In this document: positions 8,868 through 17,501 of the stretch, piece by piece | How positions within the stretch are numbered: the first letter of the stretch is position 1 | Layout: each line of letters begins with the position of its first letter | Assembly (NCBI GenBank): GCA_046484245.1 | Contig: JAWOBN010000053.1 | Location: 1-17,767, forward strand | DNA: 17,767 bases | Source: a bacterium | GTDB taxonomy: Bacteria; Hydrothermota; 32-111 | Direction: 5' to 3' | Translations under genes and position numbers: made by a program | Notes under the pieces: generated by a model | What the model was told of the DNA's origin: nothing | Database searches by the model: none | The model's input: the letters and a program-made list of their open reading frames with translations, nothing else

Positions 8868-9789
8868 TTTTGCTTTTATAGGCAATGATTACATAGCAGC
8901 CCAATTCCTCAGAAGGACAGAGGGCAATGCGCATTTCAGATATGTTGTGACAAATGCAGACAGCCCGAAAGGCAGGGGCAGACGCGTAGGTGAAACACCT
9001 GTAGCAGAGTATGCCGGTCATGCAGGTATTGAGACAATGAAGACAGACAATCCATGCAGTGAGGAATTCCTGGAAATACTCAGGAGTAAACCGGTGGATT
9101 TTTTCCTTGTCTTCAGCTACGGGCATATCCTGTCGGAAGCCTTCTTCTCAATACCGGGGAACATGCCTGTCAATATTCATCCATCTCTTCTTCCCCAATA
9201 CCGCGGGGCTGCTCCTGTTAACAGGGTTATAATGAATGGTGAAGAGAAGACAGGGGTATCATTCATCAAAATGGTGAAGAAGATGGATGCAGGCCCCATT
9301 ATCATGCAGGAAGTGCTGGATATATCGCCTGACATGACATCTATGGACCTCACTGAGAGGATCATAGAAAGGGCAGTATCCATGTTCAGTGACTATGACT
9401 GGGATAGTCCGGCAGCACTGAGACAGCAGGATGACGGAGCTGCAACATATGCCCCGAAGATCAAAAAAAATGAGCTGGACTACAACACGCACTGGGACGG
9501 GAAGAAACTCAACAATATGATAAACGGCCTTTCCGAATACGGGATAAGGGCATTTCTGGGAGAGCGGAGAATCAAATTGTTTTCAAGCAGGCTCAATGAG
9601 ACTGAGACAATGAGAACATCCGGCCTCATTGAAATATCCGGCAACAAGATAATTCTCTATGCCCGGAGAGGCAGTGTCAGTCTTGAGATCATGCAGCTGG
9701 ATGGTGAAAGGAAAATGAATGCGGCAGATTTTATTAATGGCAGGAAGATAAAAGGCGGAGACATAATATGTGCGGAATATTCGCAGTAG
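8860..9789 (+). CDS. fmt: Methionyl-tRNA formyltransferase
   Basis: 309 aa with the VVT..DSPKGRGR loop, NIHPSLLPQYRGAAP, MVKKMDAGPI, Q....ATYAPKI and a C-terminal OB-like domain ending QLDGERKMNAADFING. Confidence 0.9.
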   Translation: MADFAFIGNDYIAAQFLRRTEGNAHFRYVVTNADSPKGRGRRVGETPVAEYAGHAGIETMKTDNPCSEEFLEILRSKPVDFFLVFSYGHILSEAFFSIPGNMPVNIHPSLLPQYRGAAPVNRVIMNGEEKTGVSFIKMVKKMDAGPIIMQEVLDISPDMTSMDLTERIIERAVSMFSDYDWDSPAALRQQDDGAATYAPKIKKNELDYNTHWDGKKLNNMINGLSEYGIRAFLGERRIKLFSSRLNETETMRTSGLIEISGNKIILYARRGSVSLEIMQLDGERKMNAADFINGRKIKGGDIICAEYSQ

Positions 9790-11186
9790 TCAATTCAGAC
9801 AGGACATTCCTTGATGTTTACAGGGGCCTCAAGATGATACAGCACAGGGGGCAGGATTCATGCGGTATAGGAACCTATGACAATAAATTCATAATCAAGA
9901 AGAATCAGGGGCTTGTGGGCAATTCCTTCTCGCCCGGAGACATGAATCTGCTCACAGGGAAGATAGGCATAGGTCATGTGAGATATCCTACAATAGGCAG
10001 CGGCGGAGTGGTTAATGCCCAGCCGCTCTTTACCAATACACCGCACGGTATTATTATGGCTCACAATGGCAATGTCTTTAATTATCATGAGCTGAAGAAC
10101 AAATTGCAGAAGCAGTATAAACGGTATATCAATACTGAGGTTGATGTGGAGATCATACTGAATCTGTTCGCATACTATCTGTCAGAAACAGGTAAAACGG
10201 ATTTTGATGCAGTATGCAGTGCTGCCCGGAAGGTCTTTGAGGAAGTAAAAGGCAGTTATTCCGTAATAGCGTATATAGCTGATGTGGGTTTTGTCTCATT
10301 CAGGGACCCCCTGGGTTTCCGGCCCCTCATTTACGGGGAAAAGGCCGGCAAATACGCATTTTCATCCGAATCAGTATCACTGGATATCATAGGCATGGAG
10401 AATTACAGGGACGTAAGACCCGGTGAAGTGATATTCATAGACGACAGCAATAAACTTCACTCAAGAGTGATTGAAAAAGAGAAGAGAGCTTCATGCATAT
10501 TTGAATGGGTCTATTTCGCGCGGCCTGATTCAACAATAGACAGTATCAATGTGTACAAGGCAAGACTGCGGCTCGGTGAGAATCTTGCTGATGAAATTGC
10601 CGATAAAGCGGGTAATTTTGATGTATGCATGCCTGTTCCCGATACATCGCGGACAGCTGCGCTGGCATGTGCAGGCAGACTGGGCATACCGTACAGGGAA
10701 GGCCTGATAAAGAACAGATACATAGGCAGGACATTCATCATGCCGGGGTCAACAGACAGGATGAATGCAGTGAGGGAGAAACTCAATCCCATCAAAGCTG
10801 AAATAGAGAACAGGAAAATACTCCTCATAGATGATTCCATTGTGAGGGGCAATACATCAAAGTCCATTGTGCAGATTGTCCGCAATGCAGGGGCAAAGGA
10901 AGTCCATTTTGCTGTTTACAGTCCTCCGCTGCGCTATCCGTGTTATTTCGGTATTGATATGCAGAGATCAGAGGAATTCATAGCCAATAAAATAGAACTT
11001 GAGGATATAAAGAATGAGATAAATGCTGACTCCCTCCACTATCTGTCCATTGAAGGACTCATTGACGGGGTCGGTGCGGATAATGCCCCCGGTTTCTGCA
11101 ATGCCTGTTTCAGTGGTAATTATCCGGTAAATGTTGATGAAGAACATATTAAGAATATTGAAAGTGACAGGAATATGTCTGCTTAG
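9768..11186 (+). CDS. purF: Amidophosphoribosyltransferase
   Basis: N-terminal nucleophile MCGIF, QHRGQDSCG, GHVRYPT, AHNGN, CIFEWVYFARPDS, YIGRTFIMP and the PRPP motif LIDDSIVRGNTS. Overlaps fmt by 22 nt. Confidence 0.97.
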   Translation: MCGIFAVVNSDRTFLDVYRGLKMIQHRGQDSCGIGTYDNKFIIKKNQGLVGNSFSPGDMNLLTGKIGIGHVRYPTIGSGGVVNAQPLFTNTPHGIIMAHNGNVFNYHELKNKLQKQYKRYINTEVDVEIILNLFAYYLSETGKTDFDAVCSAARKVFEEVKGSYSVIAYIADVGFVSFRDPLGFRPLIYGEKAGKYAFSSESVSLDIIGMENYRDVRPGEVIFIDDSNKLHSRVIEKEKRASCIFEWVYFARPDSTIDSINVYKARLRLGENLADEIADKAGNFDVCMPVPDTSRTAALACAGRLGIPYREGLIKNRYIGRTFIMPGSTDRMNAVREKLNPIKAEIENRKILLIDDSIVRGNTSKSIVQIVRNAGAKEVHFAVYSPPLRYPCYFGIDMQRSEEFIANKIELEDIKNEINADSLHYLSIEGLIDGVGADNAPGFCNACFSGNYPVNVDEEHIKNIESDRNMSA

Positions 11187-11856
11187 CAGCACATTCCTCT
11201 TTTTTTCATTCAGACCTGACGCAGATGCCGGCAGAGGCATTGAACTGCTCAAGCCCGGTGTTTATGCTGTTTACAGTGGCGATGAACTTACACTCTTTGA
11301 GAAGGGCAGTGTGCTCTGGCAGAAGAACTTTGTTTCACAGATAAATGATATTGACTGCAGCAGGGCGCGTATTCATATACTGCTGTCAGGCAGTATCAGG
11401 ACCTTATCCTCCGGTGGCAGGGATATAAGGGACAGGGAGCTTACAGAACAATATTCCCGGCTTGCAGTAACATCCTCACACATATATCTCTACAATGAGC
11501 ATACAGGTGTTCTGACAGTAAAGACAGCTGACATGGGCAGAACTCAGATGAGGATAACCGTGAATAATCTCACATCACTTGCATCCGGTCCTGCAGGCAA
11601 TGCTTTCTATTCAGCTGACAGCATGATTGTGCGGATCACACCTGTTTCCATTGACACAATTCTCCGCACTGAGAAGAATATTGCCTCATTCTGCATTGTC
11701 AGAAACGGCATTGTCTATGCAGACAGCAGCGGCGCAGTGTATGCTGATGGCTTTGAATTGATAAGCAGCATTACACTGCCTGTGACAGAATTCACTGTTG
11801 ACAGTGACAGTATTGTATTCTTCCATAAAGGACTGAAGAAGATACGGTTCAGATGA
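11131..11856 (+). CDS. Hypothetical secreted beta-rich protein (possibly propeller-like)
   Basis: 241-aa ORF with a signal-like N-terminus (MKNILRILKVTGICLLSSTFLFFSF) and short repeated beta-strand segments. It fills the gap between purF and the next gene, with an ATGA overlap at 11853-11856. The start could be 11131, 11137 or 11164. Confidence 0.65.
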   Translation: MLMKNILRILKVTGICLLSSTFLFFSFRPDADAGRGIELLKPGVYAVYSGDELTLFEKGSVLWQKNFVSQINDIDCSRARIHILLSGSIRTLSSGGRDIRDRELTEQYSRLAVTSSHIYLYNEHTGVLTVKTADMGRTQMRITVNNLTSLASGPAGNAFYSADSMIVRITPVSIDTILRTEKNIASFCIVRNGIVYADSSGAVYADGFELISSITLPVTEFTVDSDSIVFFHKGLKKIRFR

Positions 11857-14800
11857 GATTGCTGTTTATACTGATTCTGATCATACCTGCTGTTCTACTG
11901 GCTGATACATTGAATTTTACAGACAGTATTCCCGGGAATTATCAGATGGAATATGTTGTAGCAAATGACAATATCATTGTACGGGGAAACGGCACTGTGC
12001 TGGAGGAGGGCAGGGATTACAGTTTCACTGCAGGCATGCTCAAACTGAACGGAACGGACTATGATTCATTGAAGGTGATATTTGAAATACTCAGACCGCC
12101 TGTCCGGTACAGGAATTACAGGTTTTCCATGCATGAAAGCAGTGACAGCACAGCAGAGGAGGTATATGCAGGTGCGGAGAATGACCAGCTGTTTATCAGC
12201 GGCATGAAAGGGTTTTCAATTAATGTCAGTGACAGGGGCAGTATGGACCTGAATCAGTCCCTTGAACTGAGTGTTGACGGCAATGTAGATGAGAGATGGG
12301 ATATTGAGGGATTCATATATGACAACAGCAGCCAGTATAATTATAATTCAATCAATATACCTGTATCTGAGATTGACAATATGAGGCTCTCTGTAAGGGA
12401 TTCATCCACAATGATTGTCCTGGGCAATACTGCATTTGATGGATTTGACTCGCGGTTTACAGGAAGAACAAGGGAGATTCTCGGGATTCTCGGTTCCACC
12501 AATAATCCGGGTTTTGAAATAAGCGGGGCTGTTGCAGGCCAGAAGGGCAGAGTCAAGACCACTGAGTTTTACTGCAGGGAAGGGGTGCAGGGCCCTTATC
12601 CTCTTGTTGATGAGATTGTGCTGAGTGAATATATTATAACACCGGGCAGTGAACAGATATATCTCAATGGGAATCTGCTGAAGACAGGCGAGGATAATGA
12701 CTATACATTCAATTATCAGACAGGGGAATTGACATTCACTCAAAACAATATTGTTGACAGTGATGATTATGTATATGCCCAGTTCCAGACATATGAGAAT
12801 TCGGGACCCATGACAGGGTATTATTTTTCAGCAGGCAGTGATGATTCACCTGTCCGCCTGCTCTTTATGAGGGAACAGCAGGATGTCACTGATGCGGATA
12901 TGAAGGATTCCCTTTCAAGGATTGAGGGGGATTCGGGTACTGTGTTCATCAGTGATTACAATTATGTGGGAGCCGGAAATGGGGATTATACAATGGAGGA
13001 CTCCATATTTGTCTACAGCGGGTCCGGGAATGGGGATTACAATGTGCAGTTCAGTTTTGTGGGCTATAAAAACGGCAGCTATATATACAATTCCTCGGAC
13101 AATTCATATGTGTATGCAGGAGCAGGCAATGGCAGCTACAGTCCGGGCAGAACCCTGACACTGCCATTTGAATCCAACTATATTGCAGGTGATTTTCAAT
13201 ACAGCTTTCTTCCCGGTGTCCTCAGAATAAGCACAGGGGGCGGTTTCTACAAATACAACAGATTCAATCCTGATGCCCTTTACACCAAGGATATTTCATA
13301 TGAGGCACAGTTTGTGTCAAAACAGTGGCAGGCAGGGGAGATAATGATGCAGGTCAGTGCAGGTTATGCCCTGCTCAGTGATTTCTACAGGTCAAAGTGG
13401 ATATCATCTGATATTGAACAGATCAGCCATGCTGCTGATATAGGGGGACTGGGCAGCATCAGGAATAATACGGACATTACTTTTAATGCTCAATACAGTA
13501 AATATATCAAGGGCAGATTGCAGTGGTCAAGACTTGATTCTGTCAGCAGCAGGTCACTCAAACTCTCGGTTGATTCATTTATGGGCTTCTCTGCAGGATT
13601 CGCCAGGAGACATTATTCACTGCCTGACAGTACCCTGCGTGATTATACGGGTATTGACATAAGCAGGCAGCTCAGGGCAGTGAAGCCCGGATATACATAT
13701 GAGAATGAGCTGAAGAACAATATGACATATAATCGTCACACTGCCGGTGTATCATCCGAGTGGTGGCTTGCACGGTTTATCAAAGAGAACAGGATGAGGA
13801 AGGATACACTGGAGAATACAATGTATGCTGTCAAGTCGGGATTAAATCGTGATGTCATCGGCCAGAGCATTGCACTGGTTGCTGAATACAGAATGAACAG
13901 GCGCATCAGTGATATGCTGACGGACAGCAGGCTGTATGCCAGATTGGATGTAGGCGGTAATGGCAGATATGTGAAGTACAATGCGGGAATACGCCTCTCA
14001 TCAGTATCACGGTACAAGGAGGTGGAATCATATGTATATGCAGGTCCGGGCAGGGGAGAATATATATATGACTCACTCTCAAATGAATATATATATGATG
14101 ATTATGAAGGCGAGTATGTGAAGATCACGGAGAATATCATCAGTGACAATGCTGTGGCAAGCAGGGAGGCTGAATGCGGTCTGGAAGCGGATTTCAATAT
14201 GTTCAAATACAGTTTTGACATGAATTACGGTGATGATACAGAGGATGTGTTTTCATTCAATAAAGGAGACAGACAGAGCGAATATGTAACAATAATGCAG
14301 AATGCAGATTATGAGATTAATCAATACATTGTGCCTTTCTGGACTTCTGATATAAGGGTCAATAACAGAATGCTCAATGCATCATACTCAGTGTTTTCCA
14401 ATAATATCGGTATTTCATCCAGGAGCAGTGAACTGATATATAAACTGTATTACAGGAATGAGAATGATCTCCGTTCAAATCTCTCCGGTTCATATACCAG
14501 CAGGGATATCAATACAGGCAATCTTGAACTCTTTATAACAAACAGCCCATTTACATACAGGGTGGATCTGCTCTATGGTAATGCTGATATTATTTACTAT
14601 GACCTGTTCACTGACAGTCTCTATCCGCAAATTACACTGAGTAAACTGGGGTTCGACCTGGGATACAGAGTGAGCAGGAATATGCGGATAAGCATAAATC
14701 CCGGCATCAGCCTCAATACATACAATAATGCACTGCAGACCATACCTGCAGCACTGACCTATGCATATCCTGAAGGACTTGCCTGGACAGGGAATCTATC

Positions 14801-14912
14801 TGTTTACTGGAATAATGATATTATCAATATCAATATGAGATATTCCACTGAATTCACAGGTGAGAGAGGTTTCCGCCAGAAGGGTGAGCTGGGCTTCTAC
14901 ACATATTTCTGA
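11853..14912 (+). CDS. Large outer-membrane beta-barrel protein with SprA-like motifs
   Basis: 1019 aa with a Sec signal (MRLLFILILIIPAVLLA-D), an amphipathic aromatic beta-strand pattern and a terminal Phe (GELGFYTYF, a BAM beta-signal). Contains the segment GVQGPY...GSEQIYLNG...DYTFNYQTGELTF. Confidence 0.7.
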   Translation: MRLLFILILIIPAVLLADTLNFTDSIPGNYQMEYVVANDNIIVRGNGTVLEEGRDYSFTAGMLKLNGTDYDSLKVIFEILRPPVRYRNYRFSMHESSDSTAEEVYAGAENDQLFISGMKGFSINVSDRGSMDLNQSLELSVDGNVDERWDIEGFIYDNSSQYNYNSINIPVSEIDNMRLSVRDSSTMIVLGNTAFDGFDSRFTGRTREILGILGSTNNPGFEISGAVAGQKGRVKTTEFYCREGVQGPYPLVDEIVLSEYIITPGSEQIYLNGNLLKTGEDNDYTFNYQTGELTFTQNNIVDSDDYVYAQFQTYENSGPMTGYYFSAGSDDSPVRLLFMREQQDVTDADMKDSLSRIEGDSGTVFISDYNYVGAGNGDYTMEDSIFVYSGSGNGDYNVQFSFVGYKNGSYIYNSSDNSYVYAGAGNGSYSPGRTLTLPFESNYIAGDFQYSFLPGVLRISTGGGFYKYNRFNPDALYTKDISYEAQFVSKQWQAGEIMMQVSAGYALLSDFYRSKWISSDIEQISHAADIGGLGSIRNNTDITFNAQYSKYIKGRLQWSRLDSVSSRSLKLSVDSFMGFSAGFARRHYSLPDSTLRDYTGIDISRQLRAVKPGYTYENELKNNMTYNRHTAGVSSEWWLARFIKENRMRKDTLENTMYAVKSGLNRDVIGQSIALVAEYRMNRRISDMLTDSRLYARLDVGGNGRYVKYNAGIRLSSVSRYKEVESYVYAGPGRGEYIYDSLSNEYIYDDYEGEYVKITENIISDNAVASREAECGLEADFNMFKYSFDMNYGDDTEDVFSFNKGDRQSEYVTIMQNADYEINQYIVPFWTSDIRVNNRMLNASYSVFSNNIGISSRSSELIYKLYYRNENDLRSNLSGSYTSRDINTGNLELFITNSPFTYRVDLLYGNADIIYYDLFTDSLYPQITLSKLGFDLGYRVSRNMRISINPGISLNTYNNALQTIPAALTYAYPEGLAWTGNLSVYWNNDIININMRYSTEFTGERGFRQKGELGFYTYF
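12957..13139 (+). repeat. Four tandem peptide repeats [YF]-x-[YF]-x-G-x-x-N-G-x-Y within the large outer-membrane protein
   Basis: YNYVGAGNGDY, FVYSGSGNGDY, FSFVGYKNGSY and YVYAGAGNGSY. A fifth copy, YVYAGPGRGEY, lies at 14031-14063. Confidence 0.8.
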
Positions 14913-14935
14913 ACAGTTCTGATTTGATGTTTATA

Positions 14936-14963
14936 TTGAAACAAAGGCAGCAGTGAGTAGAAT
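14936..14963 (+). promoter_or_regulatory. Putative sigma70 promoter positioned for a leaderless transcript
   Basis: TTGAAA (14936-14941), a 16-nt spacer, then TAGAAT (14958-14963). The ATG starts 7 nt downstream and there is no SD. Confidence 0.6.
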
Positions 14964-14969
14964 AATATT

Positions 14970-17501
14970 ATGAGTATATTTATCCCGCATATTGTAGAGA
15001 GTGTTGCTATTGGCAGGGAAGAGGGGCCGTTTACAGGGCATCTGCTCTTTACTGATATCAATAATTTCACCCGCATGACAAGAACCCTGTTTACGTATGG
15101 TGACAGGGGAGAAGAGGCATTGGGCAGAATAATTAAAAGCAGGATGGGTGTAATTGCTGATGCAGTGATTCAGTCAGGGGGTGATGTGCTCGGTTTTGAG
15201 GGCGACGGTATGACTGCTGCATTTCCTTCAGAAGAAGACAGGGCATCTGCACTGGGCATTATCTATCATTATTTCAAAAACAATCCTGTGGAGGGTACAC
15301 GCCTCGGCTCATTTGAACTGGGAATAAAGCACAAGACAGCTTACGGCATGTACAATGTATTCATTGACAGCAGCAAACCGCGCAATTATCTTATATACGG
15401 CAAGGGCCTTCAAATGCTTTACAGCAAACCGTTTATCTACGATCACAGGGCATTGTCCTGCAGCAGACCTGTCAAGACACCTCAATTGAACAGTACTGAA
15501 AAGACATTCATGTCGGATAAAATATCCGGATTGCCCAGGTGGGGTGAATTCCGTAATGCTGTGACAGGATTTGTGAGAATCAATCTTGAGAGTATTGAAT
15601 CTGACTGCTCCACAGTGAATATGATAGTCAGAGAAAGCGGCGGCTATGTCAATAAACTGTATTTCAGTGAGAAGGGTGCATATGCACTGTGTATATGGGG
15701 AGCCCCGCTATCATCCCGGGATTTCAAGAGGAATGCGTGCAATGCCATGCAGCTTCTCGGTGTCAAGGGAATGACAGGGGGATTTACCTATGGCAAGGTC
15801 TATTCCGGTTTCATCGGTTCACAGTCCAGGCAGGAATACACTGTTCTGGGTGAATCAGTAAATCTGTCCGCCCGCCTTATGACCCGCTCAGCAGGCAGTA
15901 TAATAATAGGGACAGACGGCCTGGGGGATTATGCCCTGTTTGAAGAAGAAGAGGAGAACAGCATGAAAGGTACAGGCCTGGTGAAAAGCGCGGTATTCAA
16001 AGGAGTCTCATCAGGCAAAAGGATTTTTACAGGAAGAAGAATTGAGATGGAGATCCTTGATGAGTTCATTGATAATGAAGAGATGCTCATGGAGATTACA
16101 GGGAGGCATGGTATCGGCAAGACTGCGCTTGTCAATCATTTTATTGAGCAACACTCACTCAATGCGCTGCATATAAGATGCAGCAGTGATTATAGACCGT
16201 ATAGTGTGCTGAAGAATATTCTGATAAACGGACTCTTTCTGCCTGAATCGGATTTTGATGAATTCTCCGAAAGCATTGTATATTACAAGAGCAGTATTAT
16301 GAAGGAATACACACAATACATCTGGCAGACTGTTATTGAAAAGAGCAGTACGGAGAGTGAACTGAACAGTGAGGAAGAGCTGACCGTAATGACCATTGTT
16401 TTTAATGAAATAATCAGATTGCTCAAAGAGAATGGAACTGATGTGCTGTTCATTGACAATAGCGAGTGGCTTGACGGTGAGACAGGTTATCTTATCAGTC
16501 AATGCAGGGAAAGACCCGGCAGTGCAAGGATTATTGTATCTGGAAGAAACAGAATATTTGAAAGGCATTGCATTGAACTGGACAGCATGGATGAGGGGGT
16601 TGAGGAAATAGTGAAAAATGAACTCAATGCAGAGCATTTGGACAGGAGATTGAAGGACTATATACTGAAAACAGGTGAGGGTAATCCGTACTATACAATT
16701 GAAATACTCCATTTCCTCAGAAACAGGGATATGCTGAAGCATTCAGGCAATACTGTCATGCTGGCGCATGACACTGTCAGTGAACTGCCGTCAGGAATCA
16801 GTGATGCTGTTATCACAAGAACAGACAGTCTGCCGGAGGATGCGGGCAGTATGATAAGGATATGCTCAATTGACGGATATGAATTCGGGAGAGAACATAT
16901 AATCCGGGCTGCTGTCAAGGTATTCAGGCATATTGATGCTGAAAAGGGTCTGGATGAACTGACACGCCAGGGACTCTTCCGGTATATTCCGGACAGTGAC
17001 ACATATGTGTTCACCCAGCAGGCAATGAGGGATGTGCTTTACAGGAGCCGTATCCCCTCATTCAGGGAAAAGATACACAGGCAATTATTACAGGTATATA
17101 AAAGCAGCGGGAATATATATAAACAGCTCTATCACAGCAAATACGGTGAAAGACATTATTACTTCAAGAACCTCTTCTTCAGAGAAATGAAGAAAATTGA
17201 AGAAAGCGGAAATTTCCTCAATGTGAAGCTGCTCATTGACCTGACTGAAGGCATCAATCTGACAAAGAAACAGAGGGCAGCTGTCTATCTGATGACCGGT
17301 GAGTACTATGGGATGAAAGGGCAGTATGACCTGTCTCTGGGGGAGCTTGTAAAGGGCATGGAATATGCATACGGCGGCATTAAGCGTAAAATAAACAGCA
17401 GAGCAGCATACTATCTTATGAAAGCAGGTCATTATAAAGAAGCAGCTGATTATATTGCCAGGATAAGGAAAAGAGAACCCGATATTACTAAACTATCTTG
17501 A
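14970..17501 (+). CDS. sAC/ADCY10-like adenylate cyclase: two class III cyclase domains, STAND NTPase and TPR; probably 3'-truncated
   Basis: C1 has LLFTD29INNFT and GGDVLGFEGD79G. C2 has YVNK229 and EYT291VLGESVN298LSAR302L. Walker A GRHGIGKT (16101-16124), Walker B VLFIDNSEWLD and the GxP motif GNPYY follow. A TPR-like helix pair (YLMTGEYYGMKGQYDLSL) lies near the end. Confidence 0.85.
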   Translation: MSIFIPHIVESVAIGREEGPFTGHLLFTDINNFTRMTRTLFTYGDRGEEALGRIIKSRMGVIADAVIQSGGDVLGFEGDGMTAAFPSEEDRASALGIIYHYFKNNPVEGTRLGSFELGIKHKTAYGMYNVFIDSSKPRNYLIYGKGLQMLYSKPFIYDHRALSCSRPVKTPQLNSTEKTFMSDKISGLPRWGEFRNAVTGFVRINLESIESDCSTVNMIVRESGGYVNKLYFSEKGAYALCIWGAPLSSRDFKRNACNAMQLLGVKGMTGGFTYGKVYSGFIGSQSRQEYTVLGESVNLSARLMTRSAGSIIIGTDGLGDYALFEEEEENSMKGTGLVKSAVFKGVSSGKRIFTGRRIEMEILDEFIDNEEMLMEITGRHGIGKTALVNHFIEQHSLNALHIRCSSDYRPYSVLKNILINGLFLPESDFDEFSESIVYYKSSIMKEYTQYIWQTVIEKSSTESELNSEEELTVMTIVFNEIIRLLKENGTDVLFIDNSEWLDGETGYLISQCRERPGSARIIVSGRNRIFERHCIELDSMDEGVEEIVKNELNAEHLDRRLKDYILKTGEGNPYYTIEILHFLRNRDMLKHSGNTVMLAHDTVSELPSGISDAVITRTDSLPEDAGSMIRICSIDGYEFGREHIIRAAVKVFRHIDAEKGLDELTRQGLFRYIPDSDTYVFTQQAMRDVLYRSRIPSFREKIHRQLLQVYKSSGNIYKQLYHSKYGERHYYFKNLFFREMKKIEESGNFLNVKLLIDLTEGINLTKKQRAAVYLMTGEYYGMKGQYDLSLGELVKGMEYAYGGIKRKINSRAAYYLMKAGHYKEAADYIARIRKREPDITKLS

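Noticed and set aside
8860..9789. Formyltransferase next to purF read as purN
   Set aside because: Its length, the GRGR loop, YRGAAP and the C-terminal domain indicate Fmt.
12922..13158. Alternate-frame 78-aa ORF over the repeat region
   Set aside because: It is a by-product of the Gly/Tyr repeat codons in the outer-membrane gene.
14911..14919. GAAC-A-GTTC as a LexA (Cheo) box or terminator
   Set aside because: The spacing is N1 rather than N4, and the stem is too short for a terminator.
16155..16742. 195-aa minus-strand ORF, and the other antisense ORFs such as 5580-6074, 2501-2911 and 10511-10885
   Set aside because: These are shadows of well-supported + strand genes, with no recognisable motifs.
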